A stretch of DNA of 64,000 nt, taken from the NCBI GenBank assembly GCA_964252035.1, contig OZ176203.1; one strand, written 5' to 3'. The notes below the pieces were generated by a model. That model did not search any database, was not told where the DNA came from, and saw only the letters and a program-made list of their open reading frames with translations. Source of the stretch: Podarcis erhardii. Lineage: Eukaryota. The translations under genes were made by a program, and so were the position numbers. Shown here piece after piece: positions 36,462-49,385 of the stretch. Within the stretch, counting starts at the first letter, position 1. Each line of letters starts with the position of its first letter.

Positions 36462-39400
36462 TATGGGACATTTGCAAAGACTGTGACTGAACACTTTGTA
36501 TCCTGTATTCTGCAACGAAGATGGATACAAAGTTTTCACCTTAACGTGTCTGATGCTCATCCCTTCATAAGGGGTGAGCAGTGCAGTAGCCATGTTTGTA
36601 GATAAAAATCAAATGATTTAGGATGGGGAAATCCTAAACAGACTATGAGTTCCAACAGCATATCTCTAAATTGGGTAAACAGGCTACAAAATAGCAAGTA
36701 ATGTTCAATGTTAGGATGTGTAATGTTATACAAATTGAGCCAAAAAACCCCAACTTCACACATACAGTAACTGGAAACGATTAATCCAGGAAAAATAATT
36801 TTTTTGCACCTTCAGCTGAAGCCCCCTCTCCTCCATTTAGGTGACACACCCACTTATCAAAGAGGAAATGATTTCATTATAGTTCTTTCAGTTCACACCT
36901 CTGAATTCTTTTTACAAACTCTCGAATGATCATCATCCAATCCTGGTGACTTGCTAATGTTACGTTTGTCAGTTATTATTTTTTTTTTTAAGTCTTATTT
37001 TGTCACTTTTAGTTGATCTGATTTGTCCAATATATTACCTTGAAAACAGTTCATGTATTCATCTCGCTAACCTCTTCTGCAGTGAAGTCATATGCAAAGA
37101 GTTTGTTTCATTTCTCTGCAATTTCCCTGTCTTCTCTGAATGCTCCTTTTAAACCTCTGTGATCTAATAGTCTAATGCCTCTTGGACCAGATTTCTGATT
37201 TTCATAATTATTACATTTTATATTTATAGCGATCTGCTGTTTAAATTTCTACTTGGCCTCCAGCGTTGTGGACTCATTTATTTTGCCAGTATATGCACTT
37301 TATTTCTTTTTTCTTTATTTGGGCAATATTTACAACTTATTAAACGCAGGTTAATTTGCATTTTATTTTCTCAACCCTAATATTTAATCTTGGGTTGATC
37401 TTGCCCATGTTTGTGCATTTTAATAATAGTTGCATATTTTATCATCACTATTATATTATATATTATATCTTGAATTATGAATACATTTTCACTGTTATCA
37501 TTATGTAAGATCACTTTGTAACCACATTCATCAAGTAGTTGAGAATATGTAACTGATTTATACAAGTTTATTCCCTTTGATTCAAACTGTATAAATTATG
37601 TGGTGAGGTCTGTTTCCTTCAGAATTTTAATAAAAAATAGATTCTATTCAAATTTTTGATTCATTCATATGTCATATATTGACAGCTTTTTTTAATAGAA
37701 CACAGCCTTATACAACTTCTAGTTTCAATTTGTTTGACCTGAAAGTCAGCTTTGCAGGAACTGTAACACAATTTAACTATATCATATTTGTTGATTTAAA
37801 ATATTTACACCCTGCACCTTAATTTTAATTTTTGAGGAAGCTTACAAGATAATTAAAATAAATTACAAGACAAGATTATTTAAATGATACGATAAATTGA
37901 AGCAGATGATGTACTGTATCCTCTGGTCACGAAACGTTCTTTGCTCCATTGGAGCACTCTGTGAAAGGAGGGGCAGGGGAGTAATTTTGAAGAGCAACCT
38001 ATGAGTGGATACAACCAAAAAAAAATCTCTTTATTTTATAGACCTGAATTTTATAGCCTCATGTTATAGGTAACACTGGGAGTGCATGTGATATGGTTTC
38101 TGCAACAGAGATTGGCTGCGTATTCAATCAGAGAAATTATATCTGTTTTAGGAGTCACACTGCACTTGTATCCCCCATTCACACATTCCATTGAAAAATT
38201 GTTGTTGTTGGGTCTCCTTAACAACCTGTCTGGTGCTCATCTCGTCATGCCTTTTGTGTGCGTTCCACATAAAACTGGCTATTGACATATTATGACTTTG
38301 GATTTGTTCTATTAATCAACTACAGTGGGTCAGTTGCGCACTTATATGTGAAGCTGACCTTCTCAGATGAGGTGAGATGCACTCCAGTATGGGTTATACT
38401 CAATTTAGAAGGAGACAGGCTGGATAAAGTCTGACTGAGGACAGCATCTGGAACACCTTACGGTCTTCCTGCACTTAAAGATAAGACACAAATGGGCTAG
38501 GAAGCCAAAAAATTCATTTCTAAGGACAAAGGAAAACCAGCAAAAGGCAAAATAAAGAAAAGAAACCTGCAATAGAGTTTGTTTTGATAACCTGGTGTGA
38601 AAGAAACTATTTTCCTAGCACACAATGCTCCTTGCTTTCAAGCTTTTCGCTTGTCTAATGACAACATTAATCAAATGCTATATAGACAGACACTAAACAT
38701 TCCGGCACCATTGTCTTTACAGAAATTAATGTAGTTCCCATTATGTTCTCTTTCTAGTTATTGTTCTGGATGGGTAAGCTAGAGTAGCATGAGAGACAAT
38801 CATAAAATCACAACTCACAATGAACTCACATTTACCATATTATCTCATCTGGAATCCCAATATGGGTCATAACAAAACAATATGCTTCTAATAATGGTCA
38901 GGACAAAATTTCTCTATGATACCGAGTCAATTAGAATTACATTGTACAGATGGTACCCTCCCCACAGACCATCTTGCCAGAAATCCAGTATACAGCACAC
39001 ACTTGCTTTGACTCATGTTTTTGGCTTGTTCACACTGTATCATATCGGTAGACTATTCTCAGGATACTTTTGAGATGGCATTACTTGAATTGGTCAGGTC
39101 TTCAAACCCAGTGAGATCAGATGTCTTGTAGTCAATTTCAATATGTAAGAGTTTGGATAGAAAGCTAGAATGAAGATTAAATAAATTCAGGGAGGGATGA
39201 GAAGTCTCCAACTTGAGGAATGGCCCATGCCCTCTAGTTTGGGAAACCGGTGTCTGCATAGCCTGTTTTGAGCAATTATAATGACCAAATCTGGACAGAA
39301 TCCTATTTAAGATCTAGGTGGAAGAAGAACCGAAAGCCAAAGAACTCCTTTCCTTCATAATATTGACCTAAACTCTGGATGGCCAGTCTTTCTCCCAGGA

Positions 39401-39972
39401 TTTGAACCTCAGTTACCATCTAGCTGTGATCTCTGTTGCCGTAATGGACAGCAATTACCCAAAGGCTAGCACTGGTGAGACATACCAATTGGCAGTGGTA
39501 TCTTTCTAAAGATGGGTGCCAATTTCTTGTTCCTCCATCCTGAATTTCAATCCCATCTATTCAGGATAATTGCCTAGCAAAGGAAGGACATGTCACAGCG
39601 GCCTTCAAAGCAGAAGATGGTGCTTCAATTTTTTCTTGAGAATTTTCTAATTTGCAATCTGCAGCATTTTAAGAGGCTAGATTTCACCTGCTAGTAGTAC
39701 TACTGTGTCCACAGATAATTTAAAAAGGGAGGAAAACAAAGACCAGTTCAGCAAGGACTGAGCATGCTCAGTGGCCTTCAGGAATCACAGAATGTTTAGT
39801 GTCATTTAAAACATAAATATGGAAAACAGAAGGGGTGGGGATTGGTCTGCTTGAGTCTCCCAACACTCTTGACTTGTGTCCTTCTGATCTCATGAGATAA
39901 GACATAACATTTGCTTTCTCTTATCTACTCTTCCATAAAGGAAGTATCTAAGGGTAATACCAACATAATATA

Positions 39973-40184
39973 CCGTAGATTCTGGCGTATTAGGCAGCTG
40001 CAATTTGGGGGTTCGTCTTATAAGCCCAGTCACCTAATACGCTGGGCAGCTCCGCGCTGGGAGAAAGCCGCCCGGCGTGGAGCGGAGCCCGCTGCCCCTG
40101 TTGCTGCTTCCGAATAAGACGACCTCCGACTTTTAAACCTCTTTTCTGGGGTTAAAAAGTCATCTTATACACTAGAATCTATGG
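39973..40184. mobile_element. Tc1/mariner-type MITE with CCGTA...TA(C/T)GG ends
   Basis: TA-CCGTAGATTCTGGCGTAT ... ATACACTAGAATCTATGG-TA imperfect TIRs. Confidence 0.65.
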
Positions 40185-40616
40185 TAACTGGGTTTTAGAG
40201 ATCGAGACTTAATCACATTAAATAATATTTTATCTAGTATATATGTGTGTGTGTGTCTTCTTCATTTACAAAATGTTCTGATCTTGATCCTTCTGACCAC
40301 ATCTTATAATGGAGATTCTGATGGGGTTGGGAGGAAAGCAGACAACCTTCAGACTCCACTCTTTCCACTTGCTGCATTCAGTGGGTATGAATCTTCTGCT
40401 TGCTTTCAAAGCAGTCCTTCATTTCAACAGCCACATCAAAATCTGATCATATGGCAACATATCTAAGAGCAGCCACAAGAGAAGTGTGTGTGCCTGGAAT
40501 AGGAATTAAGCCACACATGCATTATAATGTTCAAGAGTAGGTTCCTCAGCTCCTATTTTATTTGCTCCATGATTGGGGCTGTTTGTTTGGCAAGGATCAC
40601 TGTCCACACTCTTGTA

Positions 40617-40830
40617 CAGTGGTACCTTGTTTTGCACACGTCTTGGTTTGCATACATTTTGGATTACAAACATGTCAGACCCAGAAGTGCATGTTCCGGT
40701 TTGCAACCTTTTTTTTGGATTACAACCCAATTTTTTTGGAGGCCCCACTGGCGAAAGCGCACCTTGAGTTACAACCTGTTTACAAATGGACCTCCGGAAC
40801 GGATTATGGTTGTAAACCAAGGTACCACTG
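40617..40830. mobile_element. Tigger-like MITE family B
   Basis: TA-CAGTGGTACCTTGTTTT ... AAACCAAGGTACCACTG-TA; internal sequence differs from family A. Confidence 0.85.
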
Positions 40831-41169
40831 TACTTGCACGGTTTGCAGCTTGATTAAGTCAAATGTAAGAAAGAATCGGTGATCCAGGTTTCCTAATACA
40901 ACTCAGCCAGATACAGAGACCACAATGCAATGCACTACTAATCTGGCCTGTGCCCTGGCATGAAGTAGTCAATAGAGCACAATAAATTACAGAGAAAATG
41001 GCAGCACTGGAAAGCTGAAAGCACTGTTTTCTGCAGCAAGATCAGGCCGTTCAGTTCAAAGGAAGAGAAATGCCCCAAAGCAATTAGCAGACATCTTTCT
41101 AATTCCAGCTTTTGCACTGGGGAAGTATTGGTGGTGCCATTGTAGAAACAGGCTGCCAGCCAAAGAATA

Positions 41170-41497
41170 CAGTGGTGCCCCGCAAGACAAATGCCTCGCA
41201 AGACGGAAAACCCGCTAGACGAAAGGGTTTTCCCTTTTGGAGGCGCTTCGCAAAACGAATTTCCCTATGGGCTTGCTTCGCAAGAGGAAAATGTCTTGCG
41301 AGTTCCTGCGGGTTTTTTTCCTCCCCCCCCCTTTTTCTAAGCCGCTAAGCCGCTTATCAGCTGATCCGCTAAGCCGCTAAAAGCCGCTAATAGCGCTAAT
41401 CCGCTAAGCCGTCAATGGGCTTGCTTCGCAAGACGAAAAAACCGCTAGATGAAGAGAATCGTGGAACGGATTATTTTCGTCTTGCGAGGCACCACTG
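41170..41497. mobile_element. Tigger-like MITE family C
   Basis: TA-CAGTGGTGCCCCGCAAGAC ... GTCTTGCGAGGCACCACTG-TA; internal (GCCGCTAA)n repeats and retained CpGs. Confidence 0.85.
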
Positions 41498-41605
41498 TAT
41501 CTATATATCTATATCTAGGAGGGTTTACAGTTCAGTCTGCCTCCCATAGGACTGAGTAACATATAAACCGTACAGGAGTACTACCTAAAGCCGATCCACA
41601 GAATA

Positions 41606-41844
41606 CAGTGGTACCTCAGGTTAAGTACTTAATTTGTTCTGGAAGTCCGTTCTTAACCTGAAACTGTTCTTAACCTGAAGCACCACTTTAGCTAATGGGG
41701 CCTCCTGCTGCTGCACCGCCGGAGCCCGATTTCTGTTCTTATCCTGAAGCAAAGTTCTTAACCTGAAGCATTATTTATGGGTTAGCGGAGTGTGTAACCT
41801 GAAGCTTATGTAACCTGAAGCGTATGTAACCTGAGGTACCACTG
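41606..41844 (+). mobile_element. MITE family A copy 5
   Basis: TIRs, TA flanks, same internal sequence. Confidence 0.9.
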
Positions 41845-42499
41845 TAGGCACATTTGAAAAAAATCCATAAAAGCTAACCTATGAAATGAGAGAACACTGA
41901 ATCCATTCCCTTGCTTGGGATGCTACACATAGCCAAATAAATGCCAAAAAAACCACACCATCAGATGAGTTAATTGTGAAGTGCTTGGTGGCATAATAGA
42001 ATTCATTAAACCAAGCACAGCGAGCTCCCTATATACACATATGCAAGGAAAACATTGACATACCTGATCCTTCTATTATTATTTTGCAAAAGGTTTCAAA
42101 GAAAGCCAGTATAAACAGCTGCCATATACAGCTAGTATTTGCCTTACAAGCAGTAAACCAAAGGGTCCCTTTTCCATTCACAAGCAATGCTGGCAGAAGG
42201 AAAAACAGAGGTGGTGTTGAAGGGTAAGAGAGCAAAAAAGCGGATAAATTCCATTTGCGCTATTATAAAAAAACCAGAAAAGTGAAGCCAGTCGTTGAAG
42301 AGTGAAGATAAAGAGAAGAAAACAGTAATCTTGTTACAGAAACCAGAGAATTATGCTCTTACATGCATGCTCTCTCTCTCTTTTGCTTTCACACTGCACA
42401 AGCTCTAGCACCCTGAACAACTTACTCTCCTGCTATTTCCAGCACTTTAAAGAAACTTTTCAACATTTGTTTGACACATTTTTTCAACACCAAGGTGGA

Positions 42500-43920
42500 G
42501 ACAATAAGTAAACAGCTAGTGAAGGGCTATTTAGAGAGCTGGTCAGTCACTGTAATAATAAAGAAAAAGAAAGAAAAAAATATATAAATAAAAAGCATTC
42601 CACAGAAGAGAACATCTATCCTATGTGCTGTAGCTACAGACAACACATGNNNNNNNNNNNNNNNNNNNNNNNNNNNNNNNNNNNNNNNNNNNNNNNNNNN
42701 NNNNNNNNNNNNNNNNNNNNNNNNNNNNNNNNNNNNNNNNNNNNNNNNNNNNNNNNNNNNNNNNNNNNNNNNNNNNNNNNNNNNNNNNNNNNNNNNNNNN
42801 NNNNNNNNNNNNNNNNNNNNNNNNNNNNNNNNNNNNNNNNNNNNNNNNNNNNNNNNNNNNNNNNNNNNNNNNNNNNNNNNNNNNNNNNNNNNNNNNNNNN
42901 NNNNNNNNNNNCTTGAGAAGGGGAACCACTCCAACTATTGGGTGGGGAGGGGGGGGCGAGAAAGCAAAAAGGAGGATGAATTTAGCTAAGAGGAGAAAAT
43001 TACCAAATAGAAAGTTTAGCACTACATGTGGACTCTCAACAGGCTCTACTTAATTTGACTAAAGATTTTATCGCAGGCTTATATTAGTAGTGGCAGAACT
43101 AAACAAAAGTAAATATATATTTGTGGCTGTCTATTGTTCTAATGAAGTGAAAACCTACTGAGTAACGTCAATCATTTGTCAAACACATCTCCCTAGTTTT
43201 ATTTACCACCAAAAATAATGAGTAAATATGTGATAATAAAACTGTTCACTTTACATGGACATATACAATTTCCNNNNNNNNNNNNNNNNNNNNNNNNNNN
43301 NNNNNNNNNNNNNNNNNNNNNNNNNNNNNNNNNNNNNNNNNNNNNNNNNNNNNNNNNNNNNNNNNNNNNNNNNNNNNNNNNNNNNNNNNNNNNNNNNNNN
43401 NNNNNNNNNNNNNNNNNNNNNNNNNNNNNNNNNNNNNNNNNNNNNNNNNNNNNNNNNNNNNNNNNNNNNCAATAGCTTGAAGCAGAAAAGTAATTGGAAT
43501 TTGTCTGCAACATGCCAGATGACGACATTGGGTGCTTTGCTGCGCTCCAGCAAAATTTGGTCTGATGATAGAACAAACTTGGTGACAACTCTAGAAAATC
43601 CTGGAGTTAAGACAATCATGCTGAAACTAGGGATATTGTTTATTATTTCTCCATTGTAATGTCTAGGTACTATACACATGCAAATCAAAGAGTCAGTCCT
43701 TGGATTACTGATCTTCGTCAATATTAAGACAAAAGAGGACTCCTCCTCTAAAAGTGCCATTGAAATGAATGGGAGTAGCATGAGAGCACATCTTTGTAGC
43801 ACAGAAACTGCAAAAATGTCTATTTATTAGGCAACAGAAGTTGCCAAACATGGTGACGAAAGGCGAGAGACTTCGGTCCAAAGACTTATTAGCGCTCAGA
43901 TGTACATACAAATGTCTGAA
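42500..43920. promoter_or_regulatory. Candidate conserved enhancer with N-runs 42650-42911 and 43274-43469
   Basis: Unique flanks with CATTGT 43652, ATGCAAAT 43678-43685, ATCAAAG 43684-43690, and retained CpGs at 43850-43900. Confidence 0.45.
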
Positions 43921-45554
43921 TGTGGGGAAAGGTCTTGATCCATTTCAAGAGAAGGAGATCAAAACTGAAATGAACAGGAAAGCTGTTTCAGTTGGGTGAG
44001 TTCTTCGCAAAGGAGCGCATCCCTGGAACACACCACAGTCTCTGGAGACAAATGAATAGAAACCAGCTGATTTCAAAACATGGTTCCTAAGCCATAATGA
44101 TGCTCTAAAGCATCATAGAATTGTAGAGTTGGGAGGGACCCCAAGGGTTATCAACCTGCTGAAATGCAGGAATCTTAGCTAAAGCATCCATAAAGAAGTT
44201 CCTGGCACTGTGGTAAGGGCACATTTTAAACCATTTTGATTATTGAATTTAAGAAAGGACGGCAAAGACAAAATATGGGGGCTTTGCAGATATTTAAGAA
44301 GGTCCTGAAAATACCCGAGTGTTAGTTACCCAGGTAACAGCTTCAGTCGATATAGGACAGGTATATAATATAGTAACCCCCATTCCAGGTTACTGATTCA
44401 TTCCCTATTAATAATCTTCACAAGTTAAAATTTCCGTATCAAAACTTTTCTAAACTATTTTTATTTGAAATGAAAACAAAGGTACACATCCATTGGGATG
44501 GTAGATGTATGATGAGTTTTTGTGCGTTATTTGTTAAAAAAAGAAATAATATATGATATAGCTACAGAGGAATTTGAATATGCCCCATTTTTTCTAATAT
44601 GTTGGCATGCCATTATTACAGGAATTGCTATACATAGAAAGGTTAAATCTATAATTTAATATCCACGCTTCATTGGAATCCTATGATAAAAAGCTAAAGC
44701 AATCTGCAGCCATCTTCTATCTTTCAAAACTTATAAACACATGCTAATCTCCCCATAAAACTTGCCTCACTATAGTCTACAGAAGAAAAGCCTATCTTTT
44801 TTCATTATTTTAAAGATGAAAAAATAAAATAAAGAAAAGAAAGACACATACAAAAGAAAAACAGAATGACAGTGATGTTTTAGTTTACACTAGATATGGC
44901 AACACACGCAAACTGTCAAAACTAAGGAGTGAAAAAAGCTGTTATCAAGCAACTGTCAAGAGAGTCCTCTGAGATTTGGAAATCTTGTGTTTATTGTAAC
45001 TACTGCACATTACACAAAGAAAGAAACATCCCTCTCCTTACCGTTGCTGCTAAATATCATGCAAGAGAACATAGACTTCTTCCTTACTATTTAGATTAAT
45101 TTTTTTCTCTATAATTCTGTACTTGACAGTACTCCTCCCCTTCTTTTAAGTTTTTCTATTGTACGGTCAAAGTTCAGAGGAAAACGCAAGGCTACATCAA
45201 GCATTACTTCATTTTCAACAACTGTCAACATCCATTTCATGTTGTTAACTTGTTGTCCATTTAAGAATGGAAACTTAACACCAAGAGGAATTGACAAAGG
45301 ATTTCTAGCTTTACAGCAGAATAAAGGTAGTATGGAAAGGATATTTAAGGTATACCATTTATGTTATGCTCCGGAGATGAAATATGGGAATATTTTGTAT
45401 TTGGAGTAACAATTAAAAAGGTTCAAATCGAAGGCAGTATTCTACATTAAACCTCAAGTTTTTAATTTTTAAGAAAAATTACTGACTGCTGGACAAGAAC
45501 TTATACTCTGCTTTATTATTTGCATTTCCCTCCTCCTTGACTTTGACCCAGTTA

Positions 45555-45741
45555 CAGTCACACCTTGGCTTACAGACGCTTCAGGTTGAGTTTTTTGGGG
45601 TTATGGACCCACCGAAACCCGGAAGTATCAGAATGGGTTACTTCCGGGTTTCGGCGGTCGCACATGCGCAAAAGCGCCAAATCGCAACCCATGTGTACAC
45701 AGACGTGCCACTGTGGGTTGTGAACGCTTGTGGGTTGCAAG
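45555..45741. mobile_element. Truncated Tigger-like MITE with internal 16-bp perfect inverted repeat
   Basis: Begins TA-CAGTCACACCTTGG. CCGAAACCCGGAAGTA (45612-45627) pairs with TACTTCCGGGTTTCGG (45639-45654). Confidence 0.6.
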
Positions 45742-46249
45742 TTAATTTTAAATAAAACAAATCATTTGTCTACCATTTATCCTCAATATCCAAATGGTGC
45801 ACCAAATGCTGAATTTTGTAAATTCAAGTGACACCCAGTGTTCTTTCACAACTATTCACTTCATGATTTTCAGAGAAACATATAATTCTAAGTTCACGTC
45901 TTCATTTTCCAAACTTTGCATGGGTGCAGTGTGGCAGTATCTTACAGCAATGAATACAATCATATAACAGTGATCCAACAACAATTTAACTCACATTATT
46001 GTGTGGGTTTTAAAAAGAAATTTCTTGCTTTTCTTACTCATCTCTTTTGCATATGTTAATATTCCTAAGGTTATAAAACTGCAACTGTTAAAAGTTAGTT
46101 AAAATCTCAATGGTGATACAAAATATGATGAAATTGTTTGTTGAGATAGAGTAACTTATGACTAAAATATCCAGATAGGGATAAAGTTTTGTATGTTTTG
46201 GAGTTAAATATTTCATTTTCTTAAAGTAAAAATATTTGTTGGAAAACGT

Positions 46250-46620
46250 ATCCCAGCCCTGGAGGTGCACTGGACTGAACCACAGCAACTCCCTATCTCC
46301 ATCTGCCCTAATGCTGCACAAGTACCCAGGTAGGCACAACTGTGTGAGGAAAAAGTTCCCCCTGCTCACCCACCCAGGTCTCAGTGATATAGACAAGATC
46401 ACTCTCCTCATCCACAATCAGGTCATGGAGGCGGGAAAACTCACTCCAAGCTGACCTGGCATTCAGCAACAGCATCCACAAACCCGAGGGCTGGCTGATA
46501 AGGCAACCACATATCCCAAGGTGGGAGCCTCCTGGCACACAACAGTCACCAACTGCCTGTGCTGTGTGTCTCTTAACCGGCCTGCCCCACCTCCCACCCC
46601 ATACCCAGAACCACAGTGAT
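46250..46620 (-). mobile_element. L2-type LINE ORF2 fragment (AP endonuclease start)
   Basis: ORF 46308-46646(-) reads LLLNARSAWSEFSRLHDLIVDEESDLVYITETWVGE, matching the APE motifs xNAR and ITETW. Confidence 0.75.
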
Positions 46621-46676
46621 CGTGTGCCCCTTGCTTTCTCTAGCACCTCTTCCCAGGCACACCCTAAGTCATTTTA

Positions 46677-46820
46677 CAGTTGTACCTTGGAAGCTGAACG
46701 CCTTGCGAGTCGAACGTTTTGGCTCCCAAGCGCCGCAAACCCGGAAGCGAGTGTTCCAGTTTGTGAACGTTCTTTAGAACCCGAACATCCGATGTGGCTT
46801 CCGATTGGCTGCAGCTGCTT
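46677..46820. mobile_element. Truncated Tigger-like MITE
   Basis: TA-CAGTTGTACCTTGG left end with CCCGGAAG-type interior; no right end found. Confidence 0.5.
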
Positions 46821-48859
46821 TTGGACAACTGCCATTATCCCTGACCACTGGACCTCTGTAATTGCCAACAATGGTTTTGCTACCAAGTACTAAGTCATCT
46901 TTTGCAAAAGGATCAAATATTTATTTCACTCATTATAATGCACATCAATCTCTGACTTTTGTCTTCTGGGATTCTGGGGTTTTTCCTGTTGTTATTCTGT
47001 CTCTCATAGCTACAATAAACCTACCATTAAAATTATGGACTGGTTATTTCTTTGTCAGAGGGCAAACGGGCAAATTTAGCAGGGGATCAAATACTTTCCC
47101 CCTTCACTGTATGGACAGATAAGCATTAACAAAAAGTCTGTTTTCAGAACCTATGTCTCACTTTTATACCAGCCACAGCAGATTGCGTGTAACACATGTG
47201 AAATTCAGCCTTAAGGCTTATTAAATTTGGTTCAGAGTTCAACTGTATTGTTGCTCAATGGACAAATTAAAGCTGTATGTTAGAAGTCAGTTCTGAAGCG
47301 TATAATCCCATACGATACAGTAAATCACCAAAAGGCACAGTTCACCATTGTTTGTCATTGCTCCTTTCTCGAACCATGTAACGGTGAGCGGGGTTCAGTT
47401 GTATAAAGACTGCAGTCAAGTCAACAACCTGTAGTTACAAGTTAAAGACCTTCCAATTATTTCTGTAGACACTCATGCTCTGGAAATTGTTACTAGCTGA
47501 AAGGTCCATTCAATAATTTACTATTCCTTAAGCCTGCTAGTGAAGTTCAATGTAAAGATTAGCAAGTCTTTAAGGCTTAATACTTTAATTACAATTAGGT
47601 ATAAAAATACATGATTGCACTGCATAAAATGTATGTGAGTTGGGCTGCAGTACAAAGCTCTCTCTCCCTTAGGCCCGTATTAAAATTGCATACACAAATC
47701 CATGCTTCAAGGCCTCATGTGCAAGGACATAGAAGTCTTTGGCAGTAATCATCAAAGGATCTTACAGGGTTGGAAAAATGTGTGTCATTATGGCAGAAAT
47801 TTGACATATTGAAGTTGCCTACCATCAATATGAAGAGGTCATTCCATTAGCTATGGAATTTAGAGTGGTATTGGAGGATCTACCAGGCCTATTTCACTGC
47901 ACATGAAAATTCAATACCAGAATTGCTAAATTGAGTTAGCATCATCAGTGGAAAAATATGCTCTATTTCCTATTATTTATGAAGCCCTATCCTTTTCTTT
48001 CTAACCAATTACATTCCCTATCATTTCCAAAATATACGAACTGTTTTCAATCAACAGATTTCTTTATTATAGTGTACAGCATACTTGTTACTGCCTCTTT
48101 TCTATATTGAATCCTTGATTGGACAAGCATTTTGAATATAACATGGACTGTGATTGCACATATAAAACAAATTAAAGCTGCCAATCTCTTTTTGGAGGCT
48201 ATTCTTTATATACACAAAATACCAGGGTGGAGTATCCTGAGTGTATTTGCTTAGGAGAAATTAGGAAGGAGGGAAGAAATATTCACGGAAGAATCAGGAA
48301 GACTTTCACTTTCTGATAAAAAATATCTGTCTTTCAAAGTTTTATTTAACAATTCTCTTTTTAAAAATGGTATTATTAAAAGCATATTAAATCATTTTGG
48401 TTTTCCATGGCTTATTTTTGTTTACACTTATTTGGCTCTCCAAAAATAAATAACAGCTTTTATTCCTATACTATGTGAAAACAACTACTATTCCAGAGAA
48501 GCTTGTCTAAGTGCTTGACCATGCTCAGTAGGATTGTTTACCTTCTGTTACCAAGACTTTTATATATATATATCAAAGTCATTCAACATACAATAGATTG
48601 GATTCAGAGTTCCAGTTATGGAACAAGGCACCATTGGGTTTCAGCTCTCCCTTCTCCCTGCAGGGTCCTCTAAATTATCTCCAGTGGGGAGTTGGGGGTT
48701 GGTACTCCAGAAGTTCAAGGGAAGCTGCAAAGGGAATTGGTAAATATTGCCTCCATTCACAGTTGCACCCTGTTTATCAGACTGTGAGCTGACAATCATC
48801 AGTGGGCCTTGAGCAACTTCCAGGTGTACCTCGGTACCAGGTGTATTCACACTTGCTGT

Positions 48860-48903
48860 TGTGAACCACCATGGGATCTTCGGATGAAAGGTAGTATACA
48901 CAT

Positions 48904-48947
<44 letters not shown>
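48860..48947 (+). repeat. L2-like 3' end with (AAT)14 tail
   Basis: TGTGAACCACCATGGGATCTTCGGATGAAAGGTAGTATAC followed by AAT repeats at 48906-48947. Confidence 0.7.
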
Positions 48948-48949
<2 letters not shown>

Positions 48950-48989
48950 CATCAAATTTAATGGCCAAGATTGGACTTATAGACTCAAA

Positions 48990-49385
48990 GCTGGAAAGGT
49001 CATCTAGCCTCCATGGTGGCTAGCAGTGATTGATAGACCCATCCTCCACAAATTTGTCCGATCCTCTTTTTAAGCCATCCAAGCTGTTGGCACCATTGGC
49101 TTCTGTGGAAGCGAATTCCATAGTTTAACTGTACAAGTAAGTATTTTGTTTCATCTGCCCCGAATCTTTCAACATTCTACTTCACTGGATGTCCACAATT
49201 TCTAGTATTATGATAAGGAGAAAAACTTTTCTCTATCCCCTTTCTCCATGCCCTGTATCATTTTATAAACTTATTACATGTCACTTCTTCCTCACCTTTT
49301 TTCTAAACTTAAAAGACCCAAATGCTGCAGCCTCTCCTCACAGGGCAGTGTCTCCAGCCCCTTGACCATTTTGGTTGCCCCTTAC
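48990..49385 (-). mobile_element. CR1 LINE 3' fragment
   Basis: Minus strand AAGGGCAACCAAAATGGTCAAGGGGCTGGAG...GTGGACATCCAGTGAAG...TTAAACTATGGAATTCGCTTCCACAGA is a typical CR1 ORF2 end. Confidence 0.75.

Noticed and set aside
39757-39772. Perfect palindrome ACTGAGCATGCTCAGT
   Set aside because: Isolated; a common core of old DNA-transposon remnants, with no supporting context.
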